The position numbers were made by a program, and so were the translations under genes. Below, one piece after another: positions 32,501 through 46,327 of a stretch of DNA of 64,000 bases. Every line of letters begins with the position of its first letter. Position 1 is the stretch's first letter. The stretch is from Mesotaenium endlicherianum (Eukaryota). The notes under the pieces were generated by a model. That model did no database searches. It saw only the letters and a list, made by a program, of their open reading frames with translations, and was not told the origin of the DNA. The stretch covers positions 1 through 64,000 of the forward strand of contig WELA01002856.1 in NCBI GenBank assembly GCA_009602735.1. The letters are read 5' to 3'.

Positions 32501-34866
32501 TCACATCCCCCTCCAATTTATGTGGAGACAGGACCGCCTGTCACCTTCCCGTGTCAACTGAAATGACTGGTAGGGAGGTGCCCCAGCCGCCCGAAGGTGG
32601 AACCGTTTCAACGCCCCTTTGGCATTGGTCAGCTGATCTTTAAATTCCCAAGTGTCCCCAGAGGCATCGTAACCCTTCCATCGGATGAGGTACTTCATGA
32701 CATATTTAGACAATCGACGGACCGAGCGAGCGTCTAAAATCTCATTGACCTCATATTCCTCAGGGTCGCCGTCCCGGACAGCGGGGACCGGTCCCGGTTG
32801 GACAGGTAACCGACCTGTGAACAGTGTATCACCTTTGGTGTATGGTTCCAGGNGTATCACCTTTGGTGTATGGTTCCAGGAAAGAGACATTAAAGACCGG
32901 GTGACCCTTGTAGTCCGCTGACATGTTCAGTTTGTAAGCATTCTGACTGACACGACGTACCACCGAATATGGACCGACCCAGACAGGGCCAAGCTTTTTC
33001 TTGACCACACCAGGGAGGTACAGGCGCTGAGAATGCAGTTTGACTAAATCGCCCTTAGAAAATGTCAGCTCCCAACGATGTTGATTATTGTGGGGTCTCT
33101 TGGACTTTGTGCAGGTTTTGTTGGACTTCTGACAGGGTCTCAGCAAACTCCTGAGTTAACTAGAGGGAGACCGGGTTGTCAATCGCTTCCGGGTCAGTTA
33201 AAGATTCCCCCAGTATATCTAAAGGAGACTCAGGGGCTCTACCCAGGCTGAGTTCAAAAGGAGTCTTGCCCGTTGACGCGTGCACCGCACTGTTGACCGA
33301 AAACTGAATTTGAGGCAACAGGTCATCCCAATTATCTTGTTTTTGGTTAATATATGCTCTCAGCACCTCCTGCAGAACTCGATTAGTTCTTTCAGTCTGC
33401 CCATCAGTCTGAGGGTGGTTTGATGTGCTGAGCAGCTGTTCGACTCCCATTAACCCCATTAAAGCTCTCCAGAACTTTGAGGTGAATTTTAAGTCTATGT
33501 CTGAGATGATATTAGAGGGTAGCCCATGTTGGCATACTACATGGTTGTAGAACTGTCTTGCTGTTTCGAGTGCAGTCACTTTGACAGTTGTGGGGATAAA
33601 AATGACCATTTTTGTCAGTTTATCCACGACTACCAGTATTGAATCATGCCCATTGGCAGTTCTTGGTAGTGAGACCACCCAGTCCATGGATATAGTTTCC
33701 CAACGTCCAGCTGGGATGGGCAGTGGTTGCAAGAGACCTCCGGGTGGTGTGTGCCGAGACTTATTTCTCTGACACTGGTCACAGGACTTGACATATTTCA
33801 AGACCTCCCGGGGTAACCCCTCCCAATGATAATGTTTTGCCAGTTTGCCAACAGTTTTGGCCTGCCCCAAATGTCCACCCAGGAGACTGTCATGAGCTTG
33901 ACTCAGTAAGAGAGACCTTATTTCCAAATTATTAGGAATGACCAGCTTCAGCCTGCCTGAAGTGGTTTCAGTCACCCAAACTCCTCCCTTGAGCTTATAC
34001 CTGAGTGCGGTAGCACGACACATACCAGTAGTGGGGCTGGGCTCAAATGTTGGGTCAGAAAGGTAGGCTTTCCTAAGATGTTCAAGGAAGAACTTTTTCA
34101 CCTTTAGTGAAGTGAGTGCACACAGGACTTTACCTACAGCATGCTGACTAAAGTTCCTTCCTTGCAAGTCAGGTCTTCTAGAGAGTGCATCAGCAGGATT
34201 CACCTTCCCTGGTTTGTAGTCGATCTAGACTTGGAACTGCTCAAGCATCTGGCTCCAGCGGTTCTCCCTCCTCGACAGCTTGGACTTCTTCTGAAAGTGA
34301 TTCAGAGCTAGATGATCTGTAATCACCTTAAAAGCTTTACCATGTAAGTATGCTCTCCACTGTTTGAGTACATGAATGATAGCTAGCAGCTCTTTATCAT
34401 GCACTGAGTAATTAATCTCCGCTGGATTAAATTTCATAGACTCATACAACACAGGATGCCACTCCTGCCGTACCTTACCATCCTTTGTGGTTTTGTCAGC
34501 AGGCTGCAACAAAATAGCACCCATGGCAAAATCAGAGGCATCAGTAACCACCTGCACCGGTTTGCTGGGGTCATACACGGCTAGCACTGGGGCAGAACAA
34601 AGGGCATCTTTAAGGGTCTGGAAGGCAGCCTGCTGCTCTTCCCCCCACACATACCCGATGTCTTTCTTAGTAAGGTCAGTCAATTTACTGGCCTTTGTGG
34701 AATAATTGTCAATAAATCTCCTATAGTAGTTAGCCAACCCGAGGAAGGATCTAACTTCAGAGACAATCTGTGGTACTGGCCAGTCCCTTATGGTCTGGAC
34801 TTCCTTAGGATCCACGCTGATGCCCTCTTTACTGACAACGTGGCCTAAGAATTCAATACTGTCTTT
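32501..34866 (-). pseudogene. pol: E1 pol remnant: RT end, RNase H, integrase, chromodomain
   Basis: TDASDFA, HDSLLGGH...CDQC, SMDWV, GPY, YEVNEIL...YLIRWKGY. Contains stops and frameshifts. Confidence 0.9.
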
Positions 34867-35892
34867 AAGCAAAGAAATGTTGGACATCAGGTGGAACAAG
34901 AGCATCCAGAGTGTGCACTCCCTGGACGTCTATATTGCTGATGGTCTCCTTTATCTGGTTGTCAGGCATGCATAGTGAATCCAGTTCAGCAGGACCCATA
35001 ATACCTGCTACGAGGGCAGCTAGTGACTACTCACTATCTCTAGCATCCTCACAGTCAGTAGACTGGATTACTGACTGTTGCTATCTTTTAAAGGCTGGTC
35101 TTTTCTCTCGACTTTCGGAAGGTGCTTGTGTAAGGTCATTTTTGAGTTTCAGAAAGTTATGTTTTGATTGTATATTCATGTAGAGTGCATTTTCGTGGTC
35201 ATTTTGATATAAAGTTCATCGAATTTGGTCAAGTATTGAGAGAGTTACGGATTTCTGAAGTTTAATTAGTTTTGAGGTCGGTCGACGATTGTCCTTAATT
35301 CGCGGTGAGCGCGACCGTCGGATTGACCGACAGCGTCGAGCGATCTGGCCCGTTAGAATGAACTCGAACCTTCACGTAAGTTCGGCTGACGCGGAGTGCC
35401 GACTAGGTCGATTTACCTAGAAGTTTCGGTTTAGCCTAGCGCGTCTAAGATAGAATATTCTAGTAATGTCGATGCATGTATGTGGACGTCAATTCGGCCC
35501 GACACGTCAGATTAGACTGATCTGGCTTACTCACGAATATTCTGGAAGGGACGATTTGACGAACACTTAGGAAAATCCGTAGCTTCCTCCTAGGGAGGAG
35601 CACTTAGGCAGAAAATTATAAATAGGCATAACTTCTTTGTTTCTTATCAGTTTTCACTTCTGTAAATTTCTACGGGTTTGTAATGACAAGGCCTTTCATC
35701 CTACATCATTTGTGAGCAGTTTCCTGCTACTCAAAATGTTGAGTAATTTTCCTAAGCTTTGTTAGTGATATGCCGCTGCACTCTCTAGTATGATGGCAAC
35801 TAGTTCCTTTCCTCGTGAGTCACTACGCTTCCACTAGGGCACTCTGCCCCTTTCATCTGGTATCGGAGCAGGGCTAGTTTGCATATTATATT

Positions 35893-36924
35893 ATGGAGTC
35901 GCAGCCGGCAGCTGGAGGAGGCGAACATGTCGAGCATGTTGAGCGCGCGGGGCAGCAGGCAGCACCAACAATGACCAGAGAGCAACAAGAGATGCAGGCG
36001 ATGCTAAGACAAATGGCAAATGCAATTGGAGGAGAAATCTACACCCAGTTTCAACAAAATATGCGCGCGGAGGTGGAGAGAATGGTGCGAGTTGTTATGG
36101 GGAACGCCGCTTCGACGAGTTTGGCACCTGCACCTGTTGTACCACCGATTCATGTTAATCTAGTGGTGCAACCAGTTATTCCACCCGCATCAGGAGTGCG
36201 TGCGCCTAAGCCTGAAGTTTATACTGGAGAGCGTGGATCGCCGCCTGTTCATCAATGGATTTTTGGAGTGAAGAAATTTATGGAGTACTCTGCGCTCACG
36301 CCCGACAGGCAAGTCGCCTTTGTCATAACTTTGCTGCAGAAGAGTGCTGGAGCTTGGTATGAACGAGAAGAGCAGTTGTCTGGAGTTCCTGCTACTGTTG
36401 ATCAGCTCTTTGAAGGCTTGAAAAGGCAATTTCAACCTATTGCACCCGAGGCTACCGCTCGAGATCTATTGGTGCGCCTTCGTCAACGAGCAAGCGTTCA
36501 AGAGTATGTGTTGCGCTTCAACGAGCTGGTGCTTTAATGTCCATCCATGCACGAGTCGGAGATGATGGACAAGTTCCAGAGGGGACTCAAGCCAACTGTG
36601 GCCAAGGAAGTGGCGCTCAAGGACCCTACCAGCCTTGGAGAAATGATGGCATCGGCAACAAGGGTCGACGCTGTGGAGTATAGTCAGAGGCAGTGGGGCA
36701 GCCACAACTTCGGAGGATATCGACACTTTGGATCTCAAGCGCCAAGCACGAGTGTTCAAGGTCCAGTACCCATGGAGTTGGGACTTGTGCAGTACCAGCG
36801 CACGCAGCAGACTTTCAAGTCGAGAGGACCCTGCTATAGTTGCGGCAAGCTTGGACATCTGGCTCGAGACTGTCATGTGAAGGCGAAGCAACCTCAACAG
36901 CAGGAAAAAGGAGGACGCCAGTAA
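35893..36924 (+). pseudogene. gag: C1 gag with a premature stop at 36535-36537
   Basis: Near-identical to the intact C2 gag, with CAA>[17 protein letters not shown] knuckle. Confidence 0.9.
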
Positions 36925-39900
36925 GTCGTTCTGGGGTGTCTACTGGCGTGAAGACGAGAACTCACAAGGAGGTTATCCCCAGGAGCCTGCCGAGAAGCAA
37001 AGGACAAGACGTTGACAAGCCTATCATCGTGGAAGGAGTAGTCGACGGCAACAAGGCGAAGTGTATGGTCGATAGTGGCGCAAGTGCAAACTTTGAATAC
37101 AAGAAGTTGGTGAAAGAGTGGCAAATCCCTGTGCAAAAGCATTATGAGCCTAAGGAGGCAAGTTTGGCGAATGGGCAGAGACTCAAGTGTGGTGCACCTA
37201 CGGAAGCTATTCACGTGGAAGTAGCGGGGCACCGGAGTAAGGAAGTTATGGAGCAGGCAGAGTTGGGTCACCATGAGGTGATATTGGGCCGACCATGGCT
37301 GAGGAAAGCCAACCCTCAAGTGCACTGGAGCACAGGACAAGTGAAAGTCCAAGGGCGTGATGGTCGAATGGAGACAGCGAAACAGGTGGAGGTAGATACG
37401 ACCACAAGTAACTGTCTTCTGTCGAGCCTGCAAGTTAAGAAGCTATGCAGGGCGAATCAGGTGAAGGAGATGTACCTTGTTTCGGTGGCCCTGGCCAGGT
37501 CATCAGATGGAGCAAGCGTGAATCCTAACAGCCTGGGCGAATGTACATCGCCGGAGGAGCAAGTAGTGGTGTCTGATCCCCTTGCTCAGAAGGAGCAGAG
37601 CCCAACTGCTCGGAGTAGCGGGGCACCTGCTATGCCTGCCCAAATTAAGGCGCTGTTGGAGGAGTTCAAGTGCGTGTTTCCTGAGGAAATACCTACAGGG
37701 TTACCTCCACAGAGAGCTATGGAGCACAAGATTGAGTTGGAACCAGGGAGCAAGTCACCAGTGAGACCCGCCTATCGACAATCGTTTGCGGAGTTGGATG
37801 AGTTGAAGAAGCAGCTGACAGAGTTGTTGGAGAAGGGATTCATCCGACCCAGCGAGTCTCCATTTGCAGCGCCAGTCTTATTTGTGAAGAAGAAGGATGG
37901 GACTATGAGGATGTGTGTCGACTACCGGGCACTCAACAAGGTCACCATCAAGAACAGGTACCCACTTCCACGAGTGGACGAGTTGATTGACAGGCTTGTC
38001 GGGGCGAAGTATTTCTCGAAGATCGATTTGAGGAGTGGCTATCACCAGGTACGGATTGCGGAAGGAGACGTTCAGAAGACTGCTTTCAGAACTCGCTATG
38101 GTTTCTTCGAGTTCACAGTCATGCCTTTTGGGTTCACTAATGCACCTGGTACATTCATGGGACTCATGAATAGTATCTTCAGACCCTACTTGGACCAGTT
38201 TGTGGTGGTATTTTTGGACGACATCCTGATCTATTCGAAGACCTTGGAGGAGCATGTGGGGCATCTGAGGAAGGTGTTGGAGGTCTTGAGAGATCAAAAG
38301 CTGTATGGGAAGATGAGCAAGTGCGACTTCTGTCTCAAGGAGGTCGAGTTTCTTGGACACATAGTGGGAGCTGAAGGAGTCAAGGTGGAGCAGAAGAAGG
38401 TGCAAGCAGTCAGAGATTGGCCGGTACCTGCTGATATTCATCAACTCAGGAGTTTCCTCGGCATGGCGAATTATTATCGACGTTTCATTGAAGGATTTGC
38501 CAAGGTGTGTGCACCGCTCACGGACATGTTGAAGAAGCAGGAGAAGTGGCTATGGGGTGACAAGGAGCAGCAAGCCTTTGAGAAGATTAAGGAGCTGTTG
38601 ACACAGGCACCTGTGTTGGCAATTGCAAGTCCAGAGCTTCCTTTCACCATCATCACGGACGCATCAAATTTCGCAGTGGGAGCCATTCTTCTCCAGGACC
38701 AGGGCAAAGGATTGCAGCCTGTGGCATATGAGAGCAGGAAGTTGAGTCCTGCGGAGCAAAACTATGCAGCACACGAGCGAGAGATGTTGGCTATTATCCA
38801 GGCTTTGAGGATTTGGCGATGTTATGTGGACGGCCGGAAGGTGTTTATCAAGACCGACCACAAGAGCTTGGAGAAGTTTATGACGCAACCAACGTTGACA
38901 CCAAGACAGGCAAGGTGGATGGAGTTTCTGCAACAGTTCGACCACAAGATTGAGTACTTACCTGGGAAGATCAACCCTGCAGACGCTTTATCCAGGAGGT
39001 GTGACCTTGCAGCTGTTTCAGTCATTAAGGAGAATATGGACTTCAAGGAGAAGCTCCAAAGAGGCTATGAGGAGGACCCAGAATTTGCTGATGGTGAAGC
39101 AGCTGAGTCCAACTCGAGTATGCAGAAGAAGGACGACATATGGTATTATGGTGATTCCAAGAGAGTGGTGGTACCTGACATCAAGGAGCTACGAGACTTA
39201 CTGCTTGCGGAGCACCATGACTGCTTATATGCTGGACACTTTGGAAGCGAGAAGACGGCAAGCGTGCTGAAGCGGGAATACTACTGGAGAAATATGGACC
39301 AAGACATCGAGGAGTGGATCAGGAGTTGCTATGCGTGCCAGAGAAACAAGACACCGAATCAAAAGAAGGGAGGTACATTGCGGCCCCTGCCTATTCCAGA
39401 GTACCCTTGGAAGTAGATTGCTATGGAGTTCATCACATCATTACCAGTCAGTGGTCAAGGGCACGATGCAGTATGGGTTGTGTCTGACAGACTCAGCAAG
39501 ATGGCTCACTTCATTCCCATGAAGGAGACTTCTACGGCAGCAGATGTGGCACGGCTATTCTTTGATCATATTTTCAGGCTACATGGGTTGCCGAAGGTGA
39601 TTGTTTCAGATCGGAATCCAAGGTTTACTAGCAACTTTTGGCAATCATTGTTTACTTTGATGGGGACCAAGCTGAGTATGAGCACTTCCTATCACCCTCA
39701 GACAGACGGGCAGAGTGAGAGGCTCAACAGAACTCTGCAAGAGGTGCTCAGGAGTTTCACTATGGAGGACCCTTCAGAGTGGGACAAGAAGCTACCAGGG
39801 TTGGAGTTTGCCTACAANTTGCCAGGACTGGAGTTTGCCTACAACAACAGCATGCAGAGATCCACCAAGCAGTCACCATTCGCTATGGTTTATGGGCGAG

Positions 39901-40550
39901 AAGTATATCATCCAGGGAACACCTTGTTGGAGAAGGCCAAGGAGACTCAAGTTCCTACTACACAAGCTTTTATGGAGCAGATGGCCAAGACTTGGGCTAT
40001 GGCGAAGACGTGTATTCGGAAGGCACAGGAAGAGCAGGTCAAGCATGCTAACAAGCACAGGAGGGAAGTGACATTCCATGTGGGCGACAAAGTACTCTTG
40101 TCCACAGAGAACCTACCTTTCACAGGCAAGAGGAAACTGCGGGCACGGTTTACGGGTCCCTTTGTAGTGCTCAAGCAGGTGAATCCAGTGGCCTACAAGT
40201 TGGAACTTCCTTCAGGCTGGCGTAGCCATGATGTGTTCCATGTCAGTTGTCTACGGCCATACGTTGACCCGAATGAAGGACATCCAGGACGACTACCTAC
40301 ACCGCCACCACCGGTCGAGATCGATGATGTATTGGAGTATGAAGTGGAGGCGATTGTCGGCGATCGACGAGTCAAGCGAGGTCAACGATTTGTCCAAGAG
40401 TATCTGGTCAAGTGGAAAGGCTACCATGCGGACGACAACACTTGGGAGCCAGAGGCCAACTTGACTCATTGTAAGAGTAAGTTGAGACGTTATCTGCAGA
40501 ATGCGTCGAGGACGTCGCATCTTGAGGAGGGGGATGATGTAAGGTCATAG
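36840..40550 (+). pseudogene. pol: C1 pol (PR-RT-RH-IN-chromo) with an in-frame stop at 39414-39416
   Basis: VDSGA, FLDD, TDAS, HHCC, chromodomain. CAG>TAG relative to C2. Confidence 0.92.
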
Positions 40551-41295
40551 GTTTATGAAGTGCATTTTTGAGTTTCATAAAATTATGTTTTGATTGAATA
40601 ATCATGTAGAGTGCATTTTCGTGGTCATTTTGATATAAAGTTCATCGAATTTGGTCAAGTATTGAGAGAGTTACGGATTTCTGAAGTTTAATTAGTTTTG
40701 AGGTCGGTCGACGATTGTCCTTAATTCGCGGTGAGCGCGACCGTCGGATTGACCGACAGCGTCGAGCGATCTGGCCCGTTAGAATGAACTCGAACCTTCA
40801 CGTAAGTTCGGCTGACGCGGAGTGCCGACTAGGTCGATTTACCTAGAAGTTTCGGTTTAGCCTAGCGCGTCTAAGATAGAATATTCTAGTAATGTCGATG
40901 CATGTATGTGAACGTCAATTCGGCCCGACACGTCAGATTAGACTGATCTGGCTTACTCACGAATATTCTGGAAGGGACGATTTGACGAACACTTAGGAAA
41001 ATCCGTAGCTTCCTCCTAGAGAAGAGCACTTAGGCAGAATATTATAAATAGGCATAACTTCTTTGTTTCTTATCAGTTTTCACTTCTGTAAATTTCTACG
41101 GGTTTGTAATGACAAGGCCTTTCATCCTACATCATTTTTGAGCAGTTTCTTGCNAGCAGTTTCTTGCCACTCAAAATGTCAAGAAATTTTCCTAAGCTTT
41201 CTTAGCAATATGCCGCTGCACTCTTGAGTATGATTGCAACTAGCTTTATTCCTCGTGAGTCACTACGCTTCCACTAGGGCATTCTGCCCCTTTCA

Positions 41296-42718
41296 GCTTG
41301 ACTGGACACTGTTCTCTGTAGTGGCCCAACTGCTGACAATGGTAGCAAGTGGATTTTGCTGAGGCTGGTCTCGGCTTAGTCGTACCACCACCTCTTCCAT
41401 AGCCGCCACGAGAGAAACCGCCTCTACCTCTAGACTGTATGGCATTATACTCATACTCATATCCATCACCCTGATCATCCTCAGCCAGGTCTCCTTCAAT
41501 TGCATTGTAGGAACCGTGGGGCTTTTTGATAACCTTAGACACCAAAGCATTACTCTGGCGCTTGTGATTGAANTGCTGCTGATCCCAGGAATCCGCATCC
41601 TGGATCACGTCAACCAGTTTCTCATACTTTTTCTCAGCAAAATGACCAGAGACCTCGGATTTCAAGCCATACCTGAAGTATGCTATCCTATACCGTTCTG
41701 GCAAATCTGGCTGCTTCATCATGTTCTCTTGGAACTTTTGAGCAAACTCAGCAACTGAAGTGGTCTGCTTCAGTGTCAGGGAGATCATCGCATAGATAGC
41801 TTTCTCCTGCTGGTTGATGACATCAAACTTCTCATGCAACTTCTCGACAAACTCTACCCACGTAGGGTCACCGAGTTGTCGAGCCTTACGCTCTCCTTTC
41901 CAGTAAAGCCACCAGTCTTCGACTCTGCCTTTCAGTAGCGCACCGGTGTGCCTGACCTTCTCGTAATCTTGCAGTTCTGGGTAGTTCTCCAGCCACTGCT
42001 CAACATCCGCGAGAAATTTGATCAGGTAATATTTTTTGTTTCCCTCAGGATCATATTCCTAGGGAGAATTCGGCTTGGGCGTACTAGGCCCTCGGCCACC
42101 ACCACTAGTGGTTTGAGACCCCAGTTGGTCTCTGTCCCGCAGTAGGGACATTATGATTCTTTTGTCCTCCTGCTGGGACTGATACATGGTCGCCATTTGC
42201 GACTGCATCTGAACGAACAATGCTCCCAAGTCTACATTCTGGGGTGGTAGATTAGCAAATGCAGCAGCAGCATTGGCATCTACTCGCTGAGTAGTGTCCT
42301 CAACAATCCCTCTCGCTCCTGCAGCAGCAATTCCTGCCGCATTCAGCCGGTCACGTATTTGACCTAGGGGTACATTGAGTTGTACAGCAGGAGGTGGGTT
42401 CAGAACATTGGCCCTTGATGCCATAAGTTCTTCTACAGTGCGCTCGTCAGCTGGCAGTCCTTCCCTCCTTTCTGTATCTTCAGAGGCCTTTGCTACTTGT
42501 TCAGCTTCTAATCTGGCTCTCTCCACCTCAGTTTGCTGTGCTGCGACTGCGGCAATAGCAGCTGCCTCATTTGCAGCCTCCCTAGCTGCAATATCTGCTA
42601 CTGCTTCAGAATAGGTACGGTTTCCCGCTACATGGCTTTCCGCCTGGTTTTCGACATTCTCGTTATCCTGGTTCTCCATGTCCCGGGAGTTGCTAGTTTG
42701 AGACCTTGTCCTTACCAC
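41296..42718 (-). pseudogene. gag: E1 gag, interrupted just after the zinc knuckle by C1
   Basis: VRTRSQ N-terminus, gag core and CYHCQQLGHYREQC. Homologous to 46328-47776. Confidence 0.85.
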
Positions 42719-45700
42719 ACAAAGAAGACTGTGATAACTGCTCCGATACCACTGAAATGAATCGACTTACCAAATAGGCGATTAACAATTAGTAAAGATC
42801 TTTATATCAGCAAGTAATCTTTATGGTAATTTCCGTTAACTGATTACACGGCAAAGGACAACACACTAGCACTGAATAATACTCGTAAGTCAAATGCGAG
42901 TAAACTAGCATCAATAATGCAAATCAGTAAACTCATACATAAGCAAGGCTAGAAGGCAGTGCATATCAATGGCTTCTCGCCTTGGATTCAGATCTCTCTC
43001 AGTAAGCTGTACAAGAGAGTTGGCCTCGTTTTCGAATGCCAAACTCGAGAGCAATGCCTAGCATATGTACATGGAATGAGTTTACTGTTCAACGGCCAGT
43101 GCGATGGCACCGCCTACCCGGGAGTTAAGCACGTNGGCTGGTAGGACCGGAATCAAAGTCTAACACTCAAACGAGATCGTAACTTTGTGCCTCACGCTCG
43201 TAGGACGCACACGCGCGCAACACGTATCAAGCTCCCGCGCCTACAAATGGCACATGCTTAAACCCCTGATTCTGAAACTTGAGTATGACTCAGGGCAGGC
43301 CTCATACTAGGTATATCACCTCATGTAGGACTTCTAGGAATTTTTTTCTCCACTCTCTCTTAAATAGGCAAAAAGTAGCCAAAATCTGCCAACTTTTACC
43401 CTCGCGCTCGCCTACCCGTAAAATCCTCAAACATGGACAGATTTGAGTATCTTCCGAGCACTTGCTCTCGAACTTCTTTCCACTTCACATCTCTTACTTA
43501 CAACTGAACTCATGAGATTGGGTTTACCTTGCTTACAAGCACTATAAACAACTAAAACACTCCCCCCCCTCATCATGAAGGTAAGACGCTTACCACTCGA
43601 GTGTCCAAGTCCAGATTTTACGCCTCCCTCTAGCTTGCTTGTATAGGCGCTGATTCTCCTAGCTTCATGTCCAAGTCCTTGTCATATATCTCCATCTTAG
43701 GCAGGACATATCAGCCCCATAACACTTGGTCTTTTCCTCATAAGTCCATATCCATAAAGTCGTAGTCTCAATCAAGCAACGATAATAAATCTCACAAGGC
43801 ATGAGCGCGTAGTCTCGCTCGTGGTGCACCAAACTCCATCATAGTCTTCTTCTTGGCTAGATGCTCACTCCCACATACTCCTGGCTCTTTTTGAAGGTCA
43901 GCCTTCACACAAGGCTCCAAGAAACACATCTGGAACGCCTCCATGAGCTCCATAACTTGGGCAAACACACATAGTCTTAGTGCTTGCACCTCATCTTGTG
44001 CTCGCACACACTTTGCCTTGCAAGCGGGCTTCTCTTGAGCTCACTTTCTAGGAGCTCCTCCACTTGAGCAGTTGGGGTCTGCTCTATATATGAGCAAGGG
44101 GATCATACACCTCTACTTGCTCCACCGGCAATGCGCGCTCGCCAAGGTTGTTAGGAGGCACGCTTACTCTGTGTGATGACCGGGCCAAGGTCACCAAAAC
44201 AAGCGCTTCTCCTTCACCTTCACCTTCCCGCGTCGCTTCTTTGCTAGCGGGCTGAAGATAGCTACTTGTTGTCATACGTACCTCCACCTATTTCACTATC
44301 CTCACTTGACCATACTCCTCCTTGGTCTTCACTTGACCCGTGCACTAAAGCACTAGAGGATAGGCTACTCTCTTTGTGCAACTCCTTCCACATGTTTAGC
44401 TTCTTGAGTGCACACTAGCCTTGGTCACCCCAATGCCACTTCTTACTACTAAACCCAGCTTGCCTTGGTGCTCTAGTTCTACATGAAGAGCTTCCATAGA
44501 TGAACCAACAACCTGCCCCTTAACTATGCCATCACACAACTGATGGCACACACACTTCAAGTGGGAGACATCTCTTGCACTAGCCCTCTTGCACCAACTT
44601 CATACCTTGCTTCTTCTTCCACAATATAGGCTTATCTTCATCATAGCTCTTAACTTCAAGTACTCCATAGTAGTCTCCTCCTCAAGAAACGAAAAATCTG
44701 AACTTGAAAGGCTCCATCTCCAACTATCTTGCTTGAAGAAAAATCTGGATTACTTCTTCTTGCTCCAAGCCTTCTCCACGGCGCTTCTCTTCACCTGAGG
44801 CTTCTCCAATCTCCATACAAAGTGCCAAGCTTCATCATGGTTGGCCAATAATATCCAGGTTATACAGGAGTGATGCAAGGCAACCCAAATCTGGCCACAT
44901 ACTTGGCCATCTTGGTGCAACACCCCGGTGCACCCTCTCTTGAGCTTCTCATGAGCTCCTCTTGAGCTTGCGAGTGCTATGCCCGCCAAAGCTCCTAGAT
45001 TTGCAAGTACACATGCTTGCTAAGTCCCCGGTTGCCTACCCTTAAAATCTGCTCCATCTTCATTGAAGATCTGAAATAAAGATGGGCACACACTCCTTTC
45101 TAGCCACTATCACCTCTATGCTAAGCCCCCTCCTCAAAAAAAGAGCTGAACACCAAAGAGCTTGCACCTTCAAGGGAAAATCCAGCCGTGTGAATTCCAT
45201 ATTTTTTTTATGCTCATATGTCTCCATACTCAAGCAAAGGCTGCTCTATATTACTTACATCACTACCATGCTTGAGTAACCTTCTTATATTATAAAGAAG
45301 ACGTACAAAAATCTGGTTGCGTCCAAGTTAACACTTCTTGGAGCACCTCTCTCTTCCCTTCTCCTCCCTCCTTCAAGATAGTGAGATGCTAGCTTGCATC
45401 AACGTCTTCATGGCTGCCCTTAGCAACTTTAAATCATCCTCGTCTCTCCTCTCTACCCTCTCTACACTCCTACAAGCATCACCAACCAAAGCTCCTCCTC
45501 CAAATGAAGCAACTAGGTAGCTCCGATACCATATGAAAGGGGGAAGGGTGCGTGGAGTGCGCCCATACTGTAATGAATCAGTATATTGGTAGATATAATA
45601 GTCATTTAAATATAATAGTTAAATAAGTTCAGCCTCCTGAACTTTCGTTAATATTCAGTTTGCTCGACTTTATAAACTAATCAGATCAATGACTCAGCCG

Positions 45701-46327
45701 AGAGCAGCAGGCTGAAGTTCACTTAGGTCAGCTTCCTGACACATTCTTTGACAGCCAGCTGACTTCCGTACTCGATAGCAGCAAAATGCCTAAATATGCA
45801 TCTAAGTGTGGTGTGCTAGATGAATGGCCAGATGACATCCTTACGATGGATGGCGATTCGGGATGATGGGAGATGGCGGTGGATTTGGTTAACTGAGGTC
45901 CTACCAACGCGGTTAACTCTCGGGTAGGCGGTGCCATCGCACTGGCCGTTGAACAGTAAACTCATTCCATGAACAATGTGCTAGGTAGTGCTCTTGAGTT
46001 CGGCATTCGGAAACGAGGCCAACTCTCTTGTACAGCTTACTGAGAGAGAGAGAGATCTGAACCCAAGGCAAGAAGCCATTGATATGCATTGTCTCCTAGC
46101 CTTGCTTATGTGTGAGTTTACTGATTGCATTATTGATGCTAGTTTACTACCATTTGACTTACGAGTATTGTCCACTGCTAGTGTGTTGTCTTTTGCTGTT
46201 TCATCAATTAACATAAAACACCATAAAGATTACTTGCTGATATAAAGATCTTCTTTAATTGTTCATCGCCTTTTAGTAAGTCAATTTATTTCAGTGGTAT
46301 CGGAGCTGTTATCACAGTCTTCTTTGT

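Larger units (their letters stand above)
35129..41295 (+). mobile_element. Ty3/Gypsy chromovirus family C, copy 1; LTRs 35129-35855 and 40538-41295
   Basis: TG...CA ends. GCTTG TSD at 35124-35128 and 41296-41300. PBS TGGTATCGGAGC at 35858. PPT GAGGAGGGGGA. Confidence 0.95.
29781..43149 (-). mobile_element. Ty3/Gypsy chromovirus family E, copy 1; 3' LTR 29781-30501, 5' LTR 42753-~43149 (truncated); contains C1
   Basis: LTRs are homologous to each other and to E2. PBS at 42751-42740. gag, RNase H, integrase and chromodomain remnants are present. Protease and RT are deleted near 34866. Confidence 0.9.

Noticed and set aside
32826..32880. Perfect short tandem duplications flanking single N bases (also near 39818, 41154 and 60022)
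   Set aside because: Each duplication is centred on an N, which is the signature of an unmerged contig overlap. Assembly artefact.
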